A stretch of DNA of 64,000 nucleotides, taken from the NCBI GenBank assembly GCA_951406725.2, contig OX597818.1:134416001-134480000 (forward strand), read 5' to 3'. The notes under the pieces were generated by a model. It was not told the origin of the DNA, ran no database searches, and was given only the letters and a program-made list of their open reading frames with translations. Positions 1 to 13,354 of this stretch are shown piece after piece. The first letter of the stretch is position 1, and the number at the start of each line of letters is the position of its first letter. Position numbers and translations under genes: made by a program. This DNA comes from Octopus vulgaris (Eukaryota).

Positions 1-138
1 CCATCCCCTGCCGGAGCCTCGTGGAGCTTTTAGGTGTTTTCGCTCAATAAACACTCACAAAGCCCGGTCTGGGAATCGAAACCGCGATCCTATGACCGCG
101 AGTCCGCTGCCCTAACCACTGGGCCATTGCGCCGCCAC
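1..138 (-). mobile_element. SINE family A (tRNA-derived, ~380 bp), head portion cut by the window edge
   Basis: Near-identical to other copies. A-box TGGCCCAGTGG and B-box-like TTCGATTCC on the minus strand. Confidence 0.9.
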
Positions 139-286
139 TCTATAAGTATATATGCTTAGTGAGTCTTCTTTTATTCTGTCAGTACAATGAAGTCTATGTT
201 TTGCTAAGGAGATCTAATACAAACTAAACATGTTCGAAACTATCTTCTGTAGATTCCGTATTTAGACAATTAGTTAAAGACAATAT

Positions 287-496
287 TGGTTTCACATTTT
301 GGCACAAGGCCAGCAATTTCGGGGGACGGGGCAAGTCGATGACATCAACCCCAGAGCTCAACTGGTACTTATTTTACCCCGAAAGGATGAAAGGCAAGGT
401 CGACCTCGGCGGATTTTGGACTCAGAACGTAAAGTCGAACGAAACACCTCTAAGCATTTTGTCCGGCATGCTAACGATTCTGCCAGCTCGCCGCCC
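287..496 (-). mobile_element. SINE family C (Meta-domain-like core)
   Basis: Head ggcggcgagctggcagaa and core gcctttcatcctttcgggg. 17-bp TSD ttagttaaagacaatat at 270-286 and 497-513. Confidence 0.85.
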
Positions 497-513
497 TTAG
501 TTAAAGACAATAT

Positions 514-3360
514 CAATTTCTTTATTGCCCACAGGGGACCAAACAGAGATGGGACGATACAGATGAAGGAGAGGTCGATTCTGATAAACAAAACAAATAC
601 ACATACAATGAAGTGGGGCGGGTTTTGCCTCGACCTCGCAAGCCCCATGTAACCTTCAGTATAACCTTATGGATATACTATGTGGGTTCATTCATTTGCA
701 ACAAACTCGCCACAGCCTTCCATCTTTTTCCATATACATCAGGTGACAGGCATTTTCTCTCCACCTTTATTTTCCTTTTAAGGTGGTAAATGAGGTAATG
801 GATCAGTCCAAGGCTGGAGATGAAGGTGCCTATCACGATTCCTTTCACGCGGGTCTTCCATACCACTTCTTTCGCTACAGCGACCACAGCGAGAAAACAA
901 GCCTTGCCTTCTTTGTTAAAAGAGGAAGGAGGAACAATCTTTACAATCGGCTCGGAAGACAGTTGTACTCTTCCCAGAGGTGACAGTAGATGTTCAATGT
1001 AAACCCACGTCTCAGAGATTTTGGGGCATTGCACAATTGCGTGCAGAACGATTTCCCCGTCCTGCTCGCATCTTGGGCACCTGGGTGAACAATGGGCACC
1101 ATGCCTTGCAAGTTTATCGCGAACTGGTAAGGCTCCTCGGTAACACTGCCAGGTCAGGGATTGTTGGAAGTTGTTGGGAGGCATCGTCTTGCTTCTCCAG
1201 ATGCCGAGCTGAAAACCGACTGATTTATCCTGGTTAACTTTTGCTCCTACCACTTCCTCGTAACCCTTAATGGCTTTGCCTACCCTCTGTAGATGTACCA
1301 TCTCGGACACGATGATGGTGATGTCATCCGTGTCGTGTACGCCGAAACCTTACTACTGCAACCTAGATCGTGTGGGACGCCCCTCAAGCCCTCTAACTTC
1401 CGCAGTAAGAGCTCCAGAGCCAACACATACAGAAGTGGGGAGATGGGACACCTTTGACGAACAGATCACTTGATGATGAACGGCTTGATGAAGAACCCAT
1501 TCACCCGAACGATCGAGACAACGTTGCTATCTAAAGACGGAAGACGGGGCCAAGCCCGAACGCTGCGAGGACCTACACCGGATATTGATGGTCAACCCTG
1601 TCAAAAGCTTTAGACCGGTCTAAATGGACCAGCGCCCCACCCTTGCCAGGAGACCCGTCAACCCTCTCTAGGGTGTAGCGCAGAAGGTGGAGAATGTCGT
1701 GTATGGATCTGCCAGGAACGGCACAAGTTTGTGCCTCCCCGACGATTCCACCCACGATATGCGCCAACCTTTCTGCTAACACCTTGACCAAAATCTTCAA
1801 CTCTGTGTTAAGCAGAGTGTTGGGCCTGAAATTATCTATAGCATCCCCCTTGTTTGGGTCCTCTCTAAACAGCGTCACCACTCCCTGGCTCACAGATCTG
1901 GGTATAAAACCATTCTGAAGACGCATGCCAGTAGGTGCCCAAACAAGTCTGGCGCACTGTTATAAATCTCATTGGGGAGACCATCTAGTCTCGGCGACTT
2001 GTCCCCGCCGCAGTCCGACAAAGCTTCCTGCACCTCCGCAGCGTTGATCGGTGCTTCACAGCACTCTGCTTCCCGCCCCGAGAGACGTGGCATGTCAGCG
2101 AAGAAATCCGTGATGTTTCCCCAACATTCCGGCCCGCCGCCCCTCCCGAAAAGCAGGGCGAAATGCTCCTGAACGACCTTACACATCTCGGGTTCGTTAC
2201 CAATTTCCCTTGACTATACGTCAAAGACCTTATAGTGCTATTATTTCCACACTGGGTCTTTATCACACGGGCCCATCCAGCAGCTTAGATTCCTTCCCGT
2301 TCCATTGCACATTGCTTAGCCCTAACTACGCATCCTTCGTTTTTAGCTTCGAGGCGATGGTTAAGCGCCATTCTCGTAGCTAAACTCGGTTCGCCGAATC
2401 AGATTCCAGTGCTTCATCTAGGGCCCTAACTAAACCCCTTTCTACTCTATTTTTCTTAGCCACTAACTCTTTGCTATACCTAAGAGATTCAAATGGTATG
2501 GCTCTTTTGACGGTATACCACCATTTGTTGTTAATCATGGCATCCCACAGTGCCCTCAACACTAACTGTCTAATCCGAATCCTGTACTCCACATGAGCCC
2601 AAAGTGACTTATTGAGTTTCCAGTAGCCGGCTCCCTGTCTATAGGTCACACATTTGTGATCACTATAGCTGACATAGTGAAATTGTGGACGACTAACTAG
2701 GTTTTGTCTATTTCCCTAATTAGAATCCTGTCTAAATAAGATCTAGATGACCCATCGCTATTGGAGCATCTGGGACATCTAATCTATACCTATCTGCCAG
2801 CTGAAATCGACTGAGCAGATTACTGAAACACGTTGTGTACGCGTGGATCGCAGATTACGTTAAAGTCACCTAACATTACTATGGTGTGAGACGTCCCAAG
2901 AAACTTCTCCAGGTTTCGAAAAAACTCAGTCTGTCCCAGTTCCCGGGGAAGCGTAGACAACTACCAGCCTGAAGACCTTACTGCTGCTTAGTGTCACGTC
3001 AAGGACGACCAGCCTACCTTCCAGGTCGATGAAGATAGTTCTTGTCTCGAAATCCATATGTTTTCTGGGCAGTACAGCGACACCTCTCCCTCCTCCAGGT
3101 AGGCATGGAGAAATAAATTTCTTGTAACTGTTTAATATATATTGTTAGGTAGACTTTGTTTAAAACTTGTCGAACTTACAGTGGTTAGAAATCTATTATT
3201 TTCTCTGGCGTTTAAAACCAGAAGAACTAACTTCTCTACTTTTTAGTTGGCTTTCACTAAATTTCAGTTAGGATTTTCTTCGCCTGCAGACGAGGAGGGG
3301 CCAAGAGAGATCAGGTTGTGCGTATGATCGAAGGTTGAGCTGTGATGTAAGGTGACACCA
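514..3360 (-). mobile_element. Decayed L1/Tx1-clade LINE ORF2 (APE endonuclease, RT, C-terminal CCHC zinc finger)
   Basis: Fragments GxGYWKLN, KSPxLDGLP, NFRPxTLLNTELKIL, LDxSKAFDRV and CPRC..H..C. Many frameshifts. Left end carries an AATAAA-type tail; right boundary approximate. Confidence 0.88.
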
Positions 3361-3579
3361 CAAGCACTAAGATGGTTGAAGGAAAGACCTAGTAAATGAA
3401 AGATGCAATGGATAGTTCGATGTAGAAGCAAGACAGACGAGTAAAAGGTGGTTTAGGGTAAAAGTGTATAGGCGGCAGTCAATTTTTTTTCGTGCTTGAT
3501 GGGCCATTTTAACGTGCTTTAAACTAAAACTCAACGTGTTAGCTAGCCAAAATTTGTTTGTATACAGGCACAACTGTAG

Positions 3580-3727
3580 CTGTGCGGTTAGAAGCATGCT
3601 TCCCAATTATATGGTCCCGGATTTAGTCCCATTGCGTGGCACTTTGAGCAAGTGTCTTCTACTATAGCCCCAGGCCGGCCAAAGCCTTGTGAGTGGATTT
3701 GGTATACGGAAACTGAAAGAAACCTGT

Positions 3728-3791
<64 letters not shown>

Positions 3792-4000
3792 TTTGTGCCT
3801 GTGTTTGTCCCAACACCGTCGCTTGACAACCGATGTTGGTGTATCTCCGTAACTTAGCGGTACGGCAAAAGAGAGCGGTAGAATGAGTACCAGCTTACAA
3901 AAAACGAAAATACTGGGGTCGATTCATTCGATAAAAATTCTTCAAGCCGGTGCCCCAGCATGGCCGCAGTCTAATGACTGATAAAGTAAAAGATAAAAGA
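3580..4000 (+). mobile_element. SINE family B (tRNA head, internal microsatellite, gtaaaaga-repeat tail), diverged copy
   Basis: Similar to the copies at 13147, 19283, 44033 and 61239. Confidence 0.85.
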
Positions 4001-4793
4001 TGCATATTGTTAGGTACGCTTTGTTTAAAACTTACACAACTTGTAGTGGATTTTCAAATAGTTGAGTTATTTAATGTTGGGCACATTAAATCAGTCTATA
4101 AAAAAAAAATATTATTCCTTGTCTAATAATGTTTTGGTTCTTTCGAGAGGAAAATAATGCTGACATAGTTAAGTAAACGCTAGTTAGAAATTGCTAGATT
4201 AGTTTGTTTATTAGTAAATTAAATAATTTAACGGGGTTACATGATAGCAGGAGACAGCACAAACTAAAGCTGATGAAATATCAGAATATTTATGAAGTTT
4301 TGGGTAAATAGAAATATAAGAATACTAGCTGACATACCCGGTAATTTCCGGAAAAGCGGGGCTTATTCCTTAGCTCCGTTCTCATTATTGTTTCGATAAT
4401 CCAATAACAATAATACAAAGTATGTAGCCCTTAAAGCAGCTTTTGTGCGTTTACAGAGACTACCAAATTATCTTTCATAAGATCTTGTTTTTAGGAATTC
4501 CCAATAAGTTATGAATACCCAAATTGTGAAATCAGTTACGTAATAACATGAAATTAGTTAGCCGATAGTAAGAATTCAAATAAAGAAGCCCCGAAAAGGG
4601 CTTTAACGCGTTCCCTGAGTATATAGAACTTAGAAGGAAATACCAATAAGGCATGTATACCAAAATCGTGAAGTATGTTACGTAATAACAGGCTAATCAA
4701 ATATGAGATAATAACAATTCAATGTAAATAACTCTGAAAAGGGCTTTTGTGCGTTCCTAGAGAATATTACCCTCAGGAGCACTAGTGTTGAAA

Positions 4794-5177
4794 TGGAAGC
4801 ACTCCGTCGGTTACGACGACGAGGGTTCCAGTTGATCCGAATCAACGGAACAGCCTGCTCGTGAAATTAACGTGTAAGTGGCTGAGCACTCCACAGACAC
4901 GTGCACCCTTAACGTAGTTCTCGGGGATATTCAGCGTGACACAGAGAGCGACAAGGCCGGCCCTTTCAAATACAGGTACAGCAGAAACAGGAAGAAAGAG
5001 TGAAATAAAGTTGTGGTGAAAGAGTACAGCAGGGATCACCACCATCATCTGCCGGAGCCTCGTGGAGCTTTAGGTGTTTTCGCTCAATAAACACTCACAA
5101 CGCCCGGTCGGGAATCGAAACCGCGATCCTATGACCGCGAGTCCGCTGCCCTAACCACTGGGCCATTGCGCCTCCAC
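4794..5177 (-). mobile_element. SINE family A
   Basis: Full-length copy, TSD agtgttgaaat. Confidence 0.92.
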
Positions 5178-7687
5178 AGTGTTGAAATAGATTTACAATG
5201 AAAGTAGGAACAGACTGACATTTAGTTTTACAGTAGACATACAAATAAATTTGCATATAGATTTTAAAATAAAAGGACATGTAGATTATCACTACATTTA
5301 CAACACTTAGAAATATTACAGTTAGATAATAAATGCCTGATGATTTGGTGAATCTTATTAAGTTTGCAGAGCCTCTTCATAAACAGATGATTAGGATTGC
5401 TGACTCTTGAGCATTCCACATAAAGTTGGCCATGGGATAAAACTGGTTCCGCAAGGTTCAGACTCACCACGTTCAAGGACTGGTCCTGGGCCTTTTTAAT
5501 GCTCAGTGCAAAGCTCAGTTTCAACGGAAATTGCAGGCGCATGTACTGGAAAGTCATATCCGAGAGAACAAGTGGAATTCTAGGAATGAATACAGGCTCA
5601 CCGCTTGCTTTACCAGTCAAAATTGTTGTCTCCAAGACTTGGCATCATCTCCTTTATCGGGTACCATTGCAAAGCTTTGCTGGATCGAGATTTCGAAGCA
5701 GCATAACTGGTGCCCCAATCTTGAGGTGCAAGTTGTGAGATGGGAGGCTGGGTGGTGTTAGACTATTCAAGAATTCAACCGGATAATTCACAGCTTCATT
5801 GATGTTGAATACAGCGTCAATGGAACTGAAGATGTAACGCTCACCTGGCAACTGTTCCAGAAGTTTAAAGTTCAAATCATCAACTTCCACATTCTTTGGA
5901 GCTAAAATGGCATAGGTTTTCAGCTAGTTGTGGTCTGTAAACTGATTCCTCAGGTTAGGAAACACTTTATTCATTAGTTCCTTTAAATCAGATACCATAT
6001 GTCCAAAAGGCAAGCTTACCCGGCCATCCTTCTCGCCAACCGAAGTGCCATTACCAACGTCCAACAGTTACTTTGAAAAGGTTCTGTCTGCATCATCACC
6101 ACTGAGCTACACTCTCACGTTGGTTGTGAGTCTTAGCTTTTGCACACTGCTCCATAGGTAGGACGACTTTATGCTGGCATTTACTTCATCAGCTCTTGTC
6201 CTCTTTGGAACCACGGGAAGGGTTTGTTTAAAGTCTCCTGCAAGCTAGACTCTGGCACTTCCCATGAGCCTAGTGATGTGTTTAAGATCCTGAAGGGCCA
6301 TGTCAAGAGCTTCAAAAGAAACCGTATGGCTCAGTGTTGCTTCATCCCAGATGATCAACTTGCATTCACACAGAAGTTTGCCTTTTATAGAACCACGACT
6401 GATGTCGCAGATTGTCTTTTCTTTCTTGGATAGGTCCAAAAGGAATTTGAAACAGGAATGCGCTCTGCGGCCACCACATAGCAGAGCTGCAGCTATTCCT
6501 CTTGACGCCACTGCTATGTCAATGTGTTTCATTTGGTGCAGTTTAGCCAGAAGAAGGTTGATGACAAATGCTTTGCCAGTTCCACCTGGAGCATCCAAAA
6601 AGAAAAGACCTCCTCTTTCATTTTCAATGTTCGAAATAATGGTATCATAAACACCCAGTTGGCCCTCCATCAGTTTGTATTCTTTATCAGCTATATACGC
6701 CGTCATTTCCTCGATGTCATAGCTGATTTCTCACAGGTACTCAATTGCGAGATTGTTTGCTACCTGCTCCGGTTGAGGCAGACTAAATGTTGAATTGCCT
6801 TGACTTCCCATAGCTTGAACTCGGATGCAAGTAATGCCTCATTGACTCAGGTCAAATAATGCATCATTGTAAATGGCGTTATTGAACGTGGAAATTTCCT
6901 CTGAGGTTTGCCTTTGAATCCTTTGTAGGATGTCCTCTGCCACGCTGGTTTTGTGTGTCGCCCAAAGCTTGAGAGGTTCACGCAAGCCACATATCATCAA
7001 CATGATAGAAAATAGCTGGTGCAGTTGACTTAGTGCTGTGCTGACTGCTGCTTCCTCCAGTGTCTGATCCCAGTCGGCATCGTCCTCCAGTAGTCCATAT
7101 TTCTCTGTATGTTGTGCAGACTTCCCCATTGTGTCTTCGAAAGTCTGTGAATGATGTAGAACCTCTGACAGTGTGCAGCAGTAGATGCAGAAATAATCAC
7201 TCCTGCTGATTAGACCCCACTTCTGAAGACAGCATATTCTTCCCAGCCCTCAATGCGTGTTCCTTGCTTGCGTCTGTTCCATCTATTCCGTGCCCAGGTA
7301 TGGTATACGGAGACCTCTACATACAACAGTGTTCGGCCAAACAGATCACATTGACATAATTTGAAGAAATCCGTCAAAGTGGTTTCTGGTGGATTCAGAA
7401 GTACGTTTCGTGCATTGTCTTCTGTGAAATATACACGCTGACCATTTTCAAGATATACAGATAGATTTTAAGGTGTTCCTACATGTAAATAGAGTGTGAT
7501 CTTTGTGTTGACAGTTCATTTGTCTAAAAGCAGAACAGTTCTTCATGCAGCGCTTGTCAATTGGCTGAAGTGACATGAAAGGCATCGTCATTCATGGTAT
7601 ATTCATGAATAAGTCACTAACCGAAATAAGTGGATCTATTGCTTAGAAAAATAATATTTATTTGTTTAAGGGTTATACTGGATAAGT

Positions 7688-8071
7688 GGAGGCGCAATGG
7701 CCCAGTGGTTAGGGCAGCGGACTCGCGGTCGTAGGATTGCGGTTTCGATTCCCAGACCGGGCGTTGTGAGTATTTATTGAGCGAAAACACCTAAAAAGCT
7801 CCACGTGCTCCGGCAGGGGATGGTGGTGATCTCTGCTGTACTCTTTCACCACAACTTTCTCTCACTCTTACTTCCTGTTTCTGTTGTACCTGTATTTTCA
7901 AGGGGCCGGCCTTGTCACTCTCTGTGTCACGCTGAATATCCCCGAGAACTACGTTAAGGGTGCACGTGTCTGTGGAGTGCTCAGCCACTTACACGTTAAT
8001 TTCACGAGCAGGCTATTCCGTTGATCGGATCAACCGGAACCCTCATCGTCGTAACCGACGGAGTGCTTCCA
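7688..8071 (+). mobile_element. SINE family A
   Basis: Full-length copy, TSD atactggataa. Confidence 0.92.
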
Positions 8072-8449
8072 CATACTGGATAAATTGCGAAAATAACTCT
8101 AACAGTTCAAATACTAAGAAATAAACATACTCAACTTGATTTATACCAAATAATATAGGAAAATGAATGGGTTATTTCCCTTGGCTGTTAAAATAAAATG
8201 TGTGGGGCCCTATCTATCTAATTATATATTTTTCTTAAACTTCAATGAACTTAGTAACAAACTGGGTGTTACTTCAGCATGTTTGCAAAGTTTCATTAAA
8301 ATTCGTTAACGGGTATAGACGGCAAACTTGACACAAACAGACAAACAAGCAGACAACTTTCTTTTATCTGAAGTTGTCTGTGTATGGCAGGTTTGGTAGC
8401 CTTCAACTAACACTATCTCCTCCGAGACCCTGCAGCGAAAGTTGACCAA

Positions 8450-8733
8450 AATTAAGAGTATGATAGAAGAAGGCTTGCTCTTCCTTCCGTTTTTTAAATC
8501 GGACAATGTTAACACCAAAAATTATTTACATCAAAAAGGTGCTTCTTTCTATGAAAATCCCTATTTTTTACGATTTTTTTTACTGCTGTGTCGCCATTTT
8601 TCAGTGTATTTCAACCAGAAAAATGTTCACTTAAAGAGAATAACAAGCAACATAATGCAAAATTTTTACTTTTCAAAAACTCCAATTCTAAACGGTCGAA
8701 ACAAACCCGAGCAACGCCGGGCAATATTGCTAA
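8450..8733 (+). mobile_element. Non-autonomous Helitron 3' fragment
   Basis: Terminal hairpin cccgagcaacgccggg followed by ..gcta, the same end as at 23609 and 54909. Left boundary approximate. Confidence 0.6.
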
Positions 8734-9028
8734 TATATGTATAAGATCTGGCATCTGGCATTATCGAATTCCAAAAGAGAAAATTAAATTTGATCATCTA
8801 ACTCGATGGATAAAAATGGTTGAGAACCATTTTTACCCATGGACCTCTTTCATTCCTATTTTTACTTGGGTGAACCCACATAATTATCCTATGTTTAAAA
8901 ATATTTTATTATTTTTATAATTAAATATTATTAGGAATTGTATTAAAAATTGTTAAAATATCTTGTATATTGTGGAAGTATAATCAATTTATTGCAGATA
9001 AATTTTCACAACAAAATCTTATATGGAT

Positions 9029-9256
9029 CTTTACTACCCACAAGGGGCTAAACATAGAGGGGACAAACAAGGACAGACGAACGGATTAAGTCGATTACAT
9101 CGACGCCAGTGCGTAACTGGTACTTAATTTATCGACCCCGAAAGGATGGAAGGCAAAGTCGACCTCGGCGGAATTCGAACTCCGAACGTCGCGGCAGACG
9201 AAATACGGCTACGCATTTCGCCCGGCGTGCAAACGGTTCTGCCAGCTCGCCGCCTT
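9029..9256 (-). mobile_element. SINE family C (tail type 1)
   Basis: Full head, core and tail match the copy at 12321-12555. Confidence 0.9.
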
Positions 9257-9375
9257 GAAACGAATTTTCATATCCACCCTTTGGACTGAGAACCACTGAT
9301 CTAAGTCGAGCTCAATGTATCAGAATAAATAAAAGAATAAAAAAGGGGAAATAAAGAAATAGTAGAGCGACTCAC

Positions 9376-9527
9376 TTTTCTTTTGTGGACTGATCCTTAT
9401 TGACAACTGAGTTGGCAGCTGTAAGAAGCGGATATTTTTCACCACCATTGCATATTCCCTTGAAATCATCCAGATCCAGCGTCCAAAACATCAAACCACC
9501 GTAATTGTTTTGCAGGGCAAAATTAGC
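9376..9527 (-). CDS. GH18 chitinase-like gene, coding exon 8 (ANFALQNNYGGLMFWTLDLDDFKGICNGGEKYPLL...)
   Basis: GGxMxWxLDxDDF..C...YPLL motif. ccacag acceptor, gtgagt donor, 152 nt, ends in phase 2, so a further exon exists but was not identified. Confidence 0.95.
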
Positions 9528-10796
9528 CTGTGGGAAAGAATACCATTTGAATTAACATGATTTCAACATTGAGTTTCACATTGACATTATTAACGACATC
9601 AACAAGATTTTTCCATTCATATCTAAATTGATTTCTGCTTTCTCTGCTGAATTCACACAAACAATAGAGTACTAAACAAAATAGTTGTGTAAAATTTAGT
9701 TTTTTTGTCGTTACGTTCTGAGCTCAAATCCCCGCATGAGTCAGCTTTATTTTTTTTTCCTCCACAGGATTCGTTCTCTAAGTTAACAGGACTCCATACT
9801 ACTCTACACACTTTTCTCTTGTTTTGTAGCACTTCTATATCTAAGACTCGCTGACTTACTTGCTCTCCAAAGTGTCCCTGCAACATGTTTCTGTAATATT
9901 TATCCAACAATATTGAAGCAAAACTGCCTGTTAGCCCTCTGCGTATCATTGTACTGATGTACCACTGTATCTCACATCACTGTAGATTACATTATATCTC
10001 TATAGCCATGGATATGTATTTGTAAGCATGCGTATCTGTGTATGTGTAAGTGAGCGTATGTTTGTGCTTAAGCACACATATACACTACTGTATGTGTATG
10101 TATCCATTCGAACTTGTGTATTTGTATACTTGTCTCCATATATGTCAATAATGCGGTTACACAGCTTGTATACATAATTTTTCTTATTTCGTTTTTTTCC
10201 CCACCCCTCCTTTTTCTTTTTTCCTTCCCCCTTCTTCGTTCCTTTCTCTCTCTCTTCCTTTCTTTCGTTTTTTTCTCTAACTGATACTGATGCAACTTTA
10301 CGTCCCCCTTACTTAAGCTTTACTCAGTATATGAGAATCGCTACATCGATGATTTTAACTTGCGTGCGAGATAGATTGCGTGCATATATGTACGCATGCA
10401 TTTATGTGTATATTTTATATTTATATTTATACGTCTGTATATGTATGGCGTTTGCACGCATCCTTCTGTGTATGTTGATATATATATATGTACACTTTAA
10501 TATAAATATGTATTGCAGTGTAATATTTATAATAGGTTTTAATTTCTATGCATTAATTATACTTTCTTCATTAACGTCAATATGTATTTTATTCAATGTA
10601 AGGTTTTTTCCTCGAATTTTATAATTTTTATAATTTTTATATATATATATACATATATTTTTGAGCTTTTTTTGTTTATCGCTCGAAGATTGACCGTTAT
10701 TTCTAAAGGGCCAATCAAACAAGTCCATTTTTTTTAAGGTGTAGCGTTTGTAAGAGTCTAGATTGAATTGATATATCGGTTCCATTCTAGCAAAAA

Positions 10797-10834
10797 CTGT
10801 CTGATGAACGGCAACGAGAAACTCAGAGTAACAG
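10797..10834 (+). ncRNA. Minimal type I hammerhead-like motif (Penelope-type)
   Basis: ctgt-CTGATGA-acggcaacga-GAAA-ctcagag-TA-acag. Stem I ctgt/acag, near-palindromic stem III, imperfect stem II. Confidence 0.55.
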
Positions 10835-10950
10835 ATTTTGTTGAATTTTCTGCTGCTTTAAATAAAGCATATTACTCTACCACTGGTATTTGAGTACTCT
10901 TTTTTCCACCTTGTTTCACATTTATGTGTTTACTCCGGTATATATATATA

Positions 10951-11213
10951 TGCGCATGGCTCAGTGGTTAGAGCGTCGAGCTTACAATCGTGAGGTTGTG
11001 AGCTCGAATCCCGGACCGGGCTGCGTGTTGTGTTCTTGAGAAAGGCACTTTATTTCACGTTGCTCCAGTTCACTCAGCTGGTGGCGTGGAGAGGGGAGGC
11101 TGGTATGCATGGGCGACTGCTGGCCTTCCATAAACAACCTTGCCCGGACTTGTATCTAGGAAGGTAACTTTCTAGGTGCAATCCCATGGTCATTCATGAC
11201 CGAAGGGGGTCTT
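10951..11213 (+). mobile_element. SINE family D (tRNA head plus CORE-like region)
   Basis: tggctcagtggttagagc...tcgaatcc head and gttcttgagxaaggcacttt..ctccagttcactcagctg. Second copy at 38716. Confidence 0.8.
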
Positions 11214-11394
11214 TATATATATATCTACACTTAAAAAAGAGGAAATCCTTCACACATTTGCACACAGTTTTTCTGAAGTTATATCTTCTTATAATTCAGG
11301 TATTGTTAATTACAAGCTTAATATTGAAGTATCGCAACAGAAATTCTGGACTAACTCTAATTTTAAATCTGCTCTTATAAAATTATGTACAAAC

Positions 11395-11505
11395 CTTCAA
11401 CTTGACACTCTCGATGTTTTCGTAACCAATCCAATCATTGTCCACAGCAATAAAGGGGACTCCTCTGTCTTCCATGAAAACACTTTTTTTTTCAAGCAAA
11501 CATGT
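11395..11505 (-). CDS. GH18 chitinase-like gene, coding exon 7 (TCLLEKKSVFMEDRGVPFIAVDNDWIGYENIESVKLK)
   Basis: Read manually. VP..WxGYxxxxSxxxK motif. acag acceptor, gtttgt donor, 111 nt, phase 0->0. Confidence 0.92.
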
Positions 11506-11581
11506 CTGTGAAGTAAAAATAAAATAACAAGATTTTTTTAAAACACATACTCAATACAAATACAACTGTTTCAGATATGGA

Positions 11582-11944
11582 TGGAAGCACTCCGTCGGTT
11601 ACGACGACGAGGGTTCCGGTTGATCCGAATCAACGGAACAGCCTGCTCGTGAAATTAACGTGTAAGTGGCTGAGCACTCCACAGACAGGTGTACCCTTAA
11701 CGTAGTTCTCGGGGATATTCAGCGTGACACAGAGAGTGACAAGGCCGGCCCTTTGAAATACAGGTACAACAGAAACAGGAAGTAAGAGTGATAGAAAGTT
11801 GTGGTGAAAGAGTACAGCAGAGATCACCACCATCCCCTGCCGGAGCCTTGTGGAGCTTTTTATGGTGTTTTCGCTCAATAAACACTCACAACGCCCGGTC
11901 TGGGAATCAAAACCGCGAATCCGCTGCCCTAACCACTGGGCCAT
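11582..11944 (-). mobile_element. SINE family A in the intron between exons 6 and 7
   Basis: Sequence identity to other copies. It explains the spurious C-terminal extension of ORF 11630..12214. Confidence 0.9.
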
Positions 11945-11986
11945 ATACAAGAGTAATATACCAATGAAATTAATATAGAACTTTAC

Positions 11987-12181
11987 CTCGTAGTAAGCTA
12001 GAAAGCCTTTGTCTTTTGTATATATTCCTCCATTTCCTTTACCGAAAGAAGGAAGACCTTCTTTTACACCTTTCTCAGGTGTATGCGACCCGGTGCGAAA
12101 ACTGCGACCATAAAATGGTATACCGATATTAATCTTTTTCTTAGGAACACCAAGACTGTTCCAGTAATGAGCTGTAAAGTT
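11987..12181 (-). CDS. GH18 chitinase-like gene, coding exon 6 (NFTAHYWNSLGVPKKKINIGIPFYGRSF...GFLAYYE)
   Basis: GxPxYGRSF and G-x-YT..GFLAYYE motifs. tgcag acceptor, gtaaag donor, 195 nt, phase 0->0. Confidence 0.95.
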
Positions 12182-12320
12182 CTGCAAATATAAATTAGTG
12201 CATACGAGAGGCAAGATTCGGAATAAAATTCTGGTATTTATGCGAAGAATATGAGAACGACCAATGGGGGGGGGAGTTCAGAGCTGAAGCGTGCAACAAA
12301 GTACTAGAGATGGTACTTTG

Positions 12321-12555
12321 AAGGCGGTGAGCTGGCGGAAACGTTAGCACCCCGGGCGAAATGCGTAGCCGTATTTCGTCTGCCGCTACGTTCTGAGTTC
12401 AAATTCCGCCGAGGTCGACTTTGCCTTTCATCCTTTCGGGGTCGATTAAGTAAGTACCAGTTACGCACTGGGGTCGATATAATCGACTTAATCCGTTTGT
12501 CTGTCCTTGTTTGTCCCCTCTATGTTTAACCCCTTGTGGGTAGTAAAGAAATAGG
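12321..12555 (+). mobile_element. SINE family C (tail type 1)
   Basis: Full-length copy ending ccccttgtgggtagtaaagaaatag. Confidence 0.9.
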
Positions 12556-13111
12556 TATCGGCCAACAAGGAAGCAACGGACTGCGGGCGTCTCGAGCGTG
12601 CCAGTGGGTGGTGGCGGTTGTGACAACAGAAATGCGCGAATGAACGAGGCTATTACGAAGCTGTAGGGACGGACAGGAAGCAGAGACGCATATTATGCAG
12701 TAAAACACAGCAAACATTCAAATGAGACCGTTTGTATATAAAAAAAAATACTCATGTCACCGAATTTCATTACAATAACGAAATATTGTTCACGTTACTT
12801 AGTATGGATCCTATTTATTGTTTCCATAATGGTATGGAAGGACAATGCGGAGATCACTCAGGAAGAAAACTTCGGAAATAGGAAGAGCTCAGAGAACTGA
12901 ATCATTAGGTTGGAAATTATACTTTACTTTCATATCCGACAAAATGTTATTTGGCCAAACCCAAGAAGTGTCTAGATCCAGGGTGATATCTACACAGTCA
13001 CATCTACAGTGATATATCTTCCGTGATTTGTTGTAATATCAATATATTAGTATTTATACAGGTATATGTACACATACACAGTAATATCTATGTATATATC
13101 CATATACATAG

Positions 13112-13146
<35 letters not shown>

Positions 13147-13148
<2 letters not shown>

Positions 13149-13305
13149 CGCAGGAGTGGCTGTGTGTAAGTAGCTTGCCTACCAACCACATCGTTCCGGG
13201 TTCAGTCCCACTGCGTGGCATCTTGGGCAAGTGTCTTCTGCTATAGCTCCGGGCCGACCAATGCCTTGTGAGTAGATTTGGTAGATGGAAACTGAAAGAA
13301 GCCCG

Positions 13306-13354
<49 letters not shown>

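Larger units (their letters stand above)
4325..8370 (-). mobile_element. Decayed autonomous-type Helitron (RepHel with Pif1-like helicase), carrying two SINE A insertions
   Basis: LDAPGGTGK Walker A, IIWDE, YPVEFLNSL, LLRNL..LCNGTR and QFPLKLSFA...HGQLYV motifs. 3' end is a hairpin ccgg..ccgg plus CTAG|T at 4325. ~150-bp subterminal repeats at 4430-4770. 5' end approximate. Confidence 0.9.

Noticed and set aside
8306-8430. Candidate terminal exon of the chitinase-like gene (ctgcag|GGTCTCG.., phase compatible)
   Set aside because: It runs into the Helitron 5' end and shows no CBM14 or linker similarity. An alternative acceptor near 3388 is equally unsupported.
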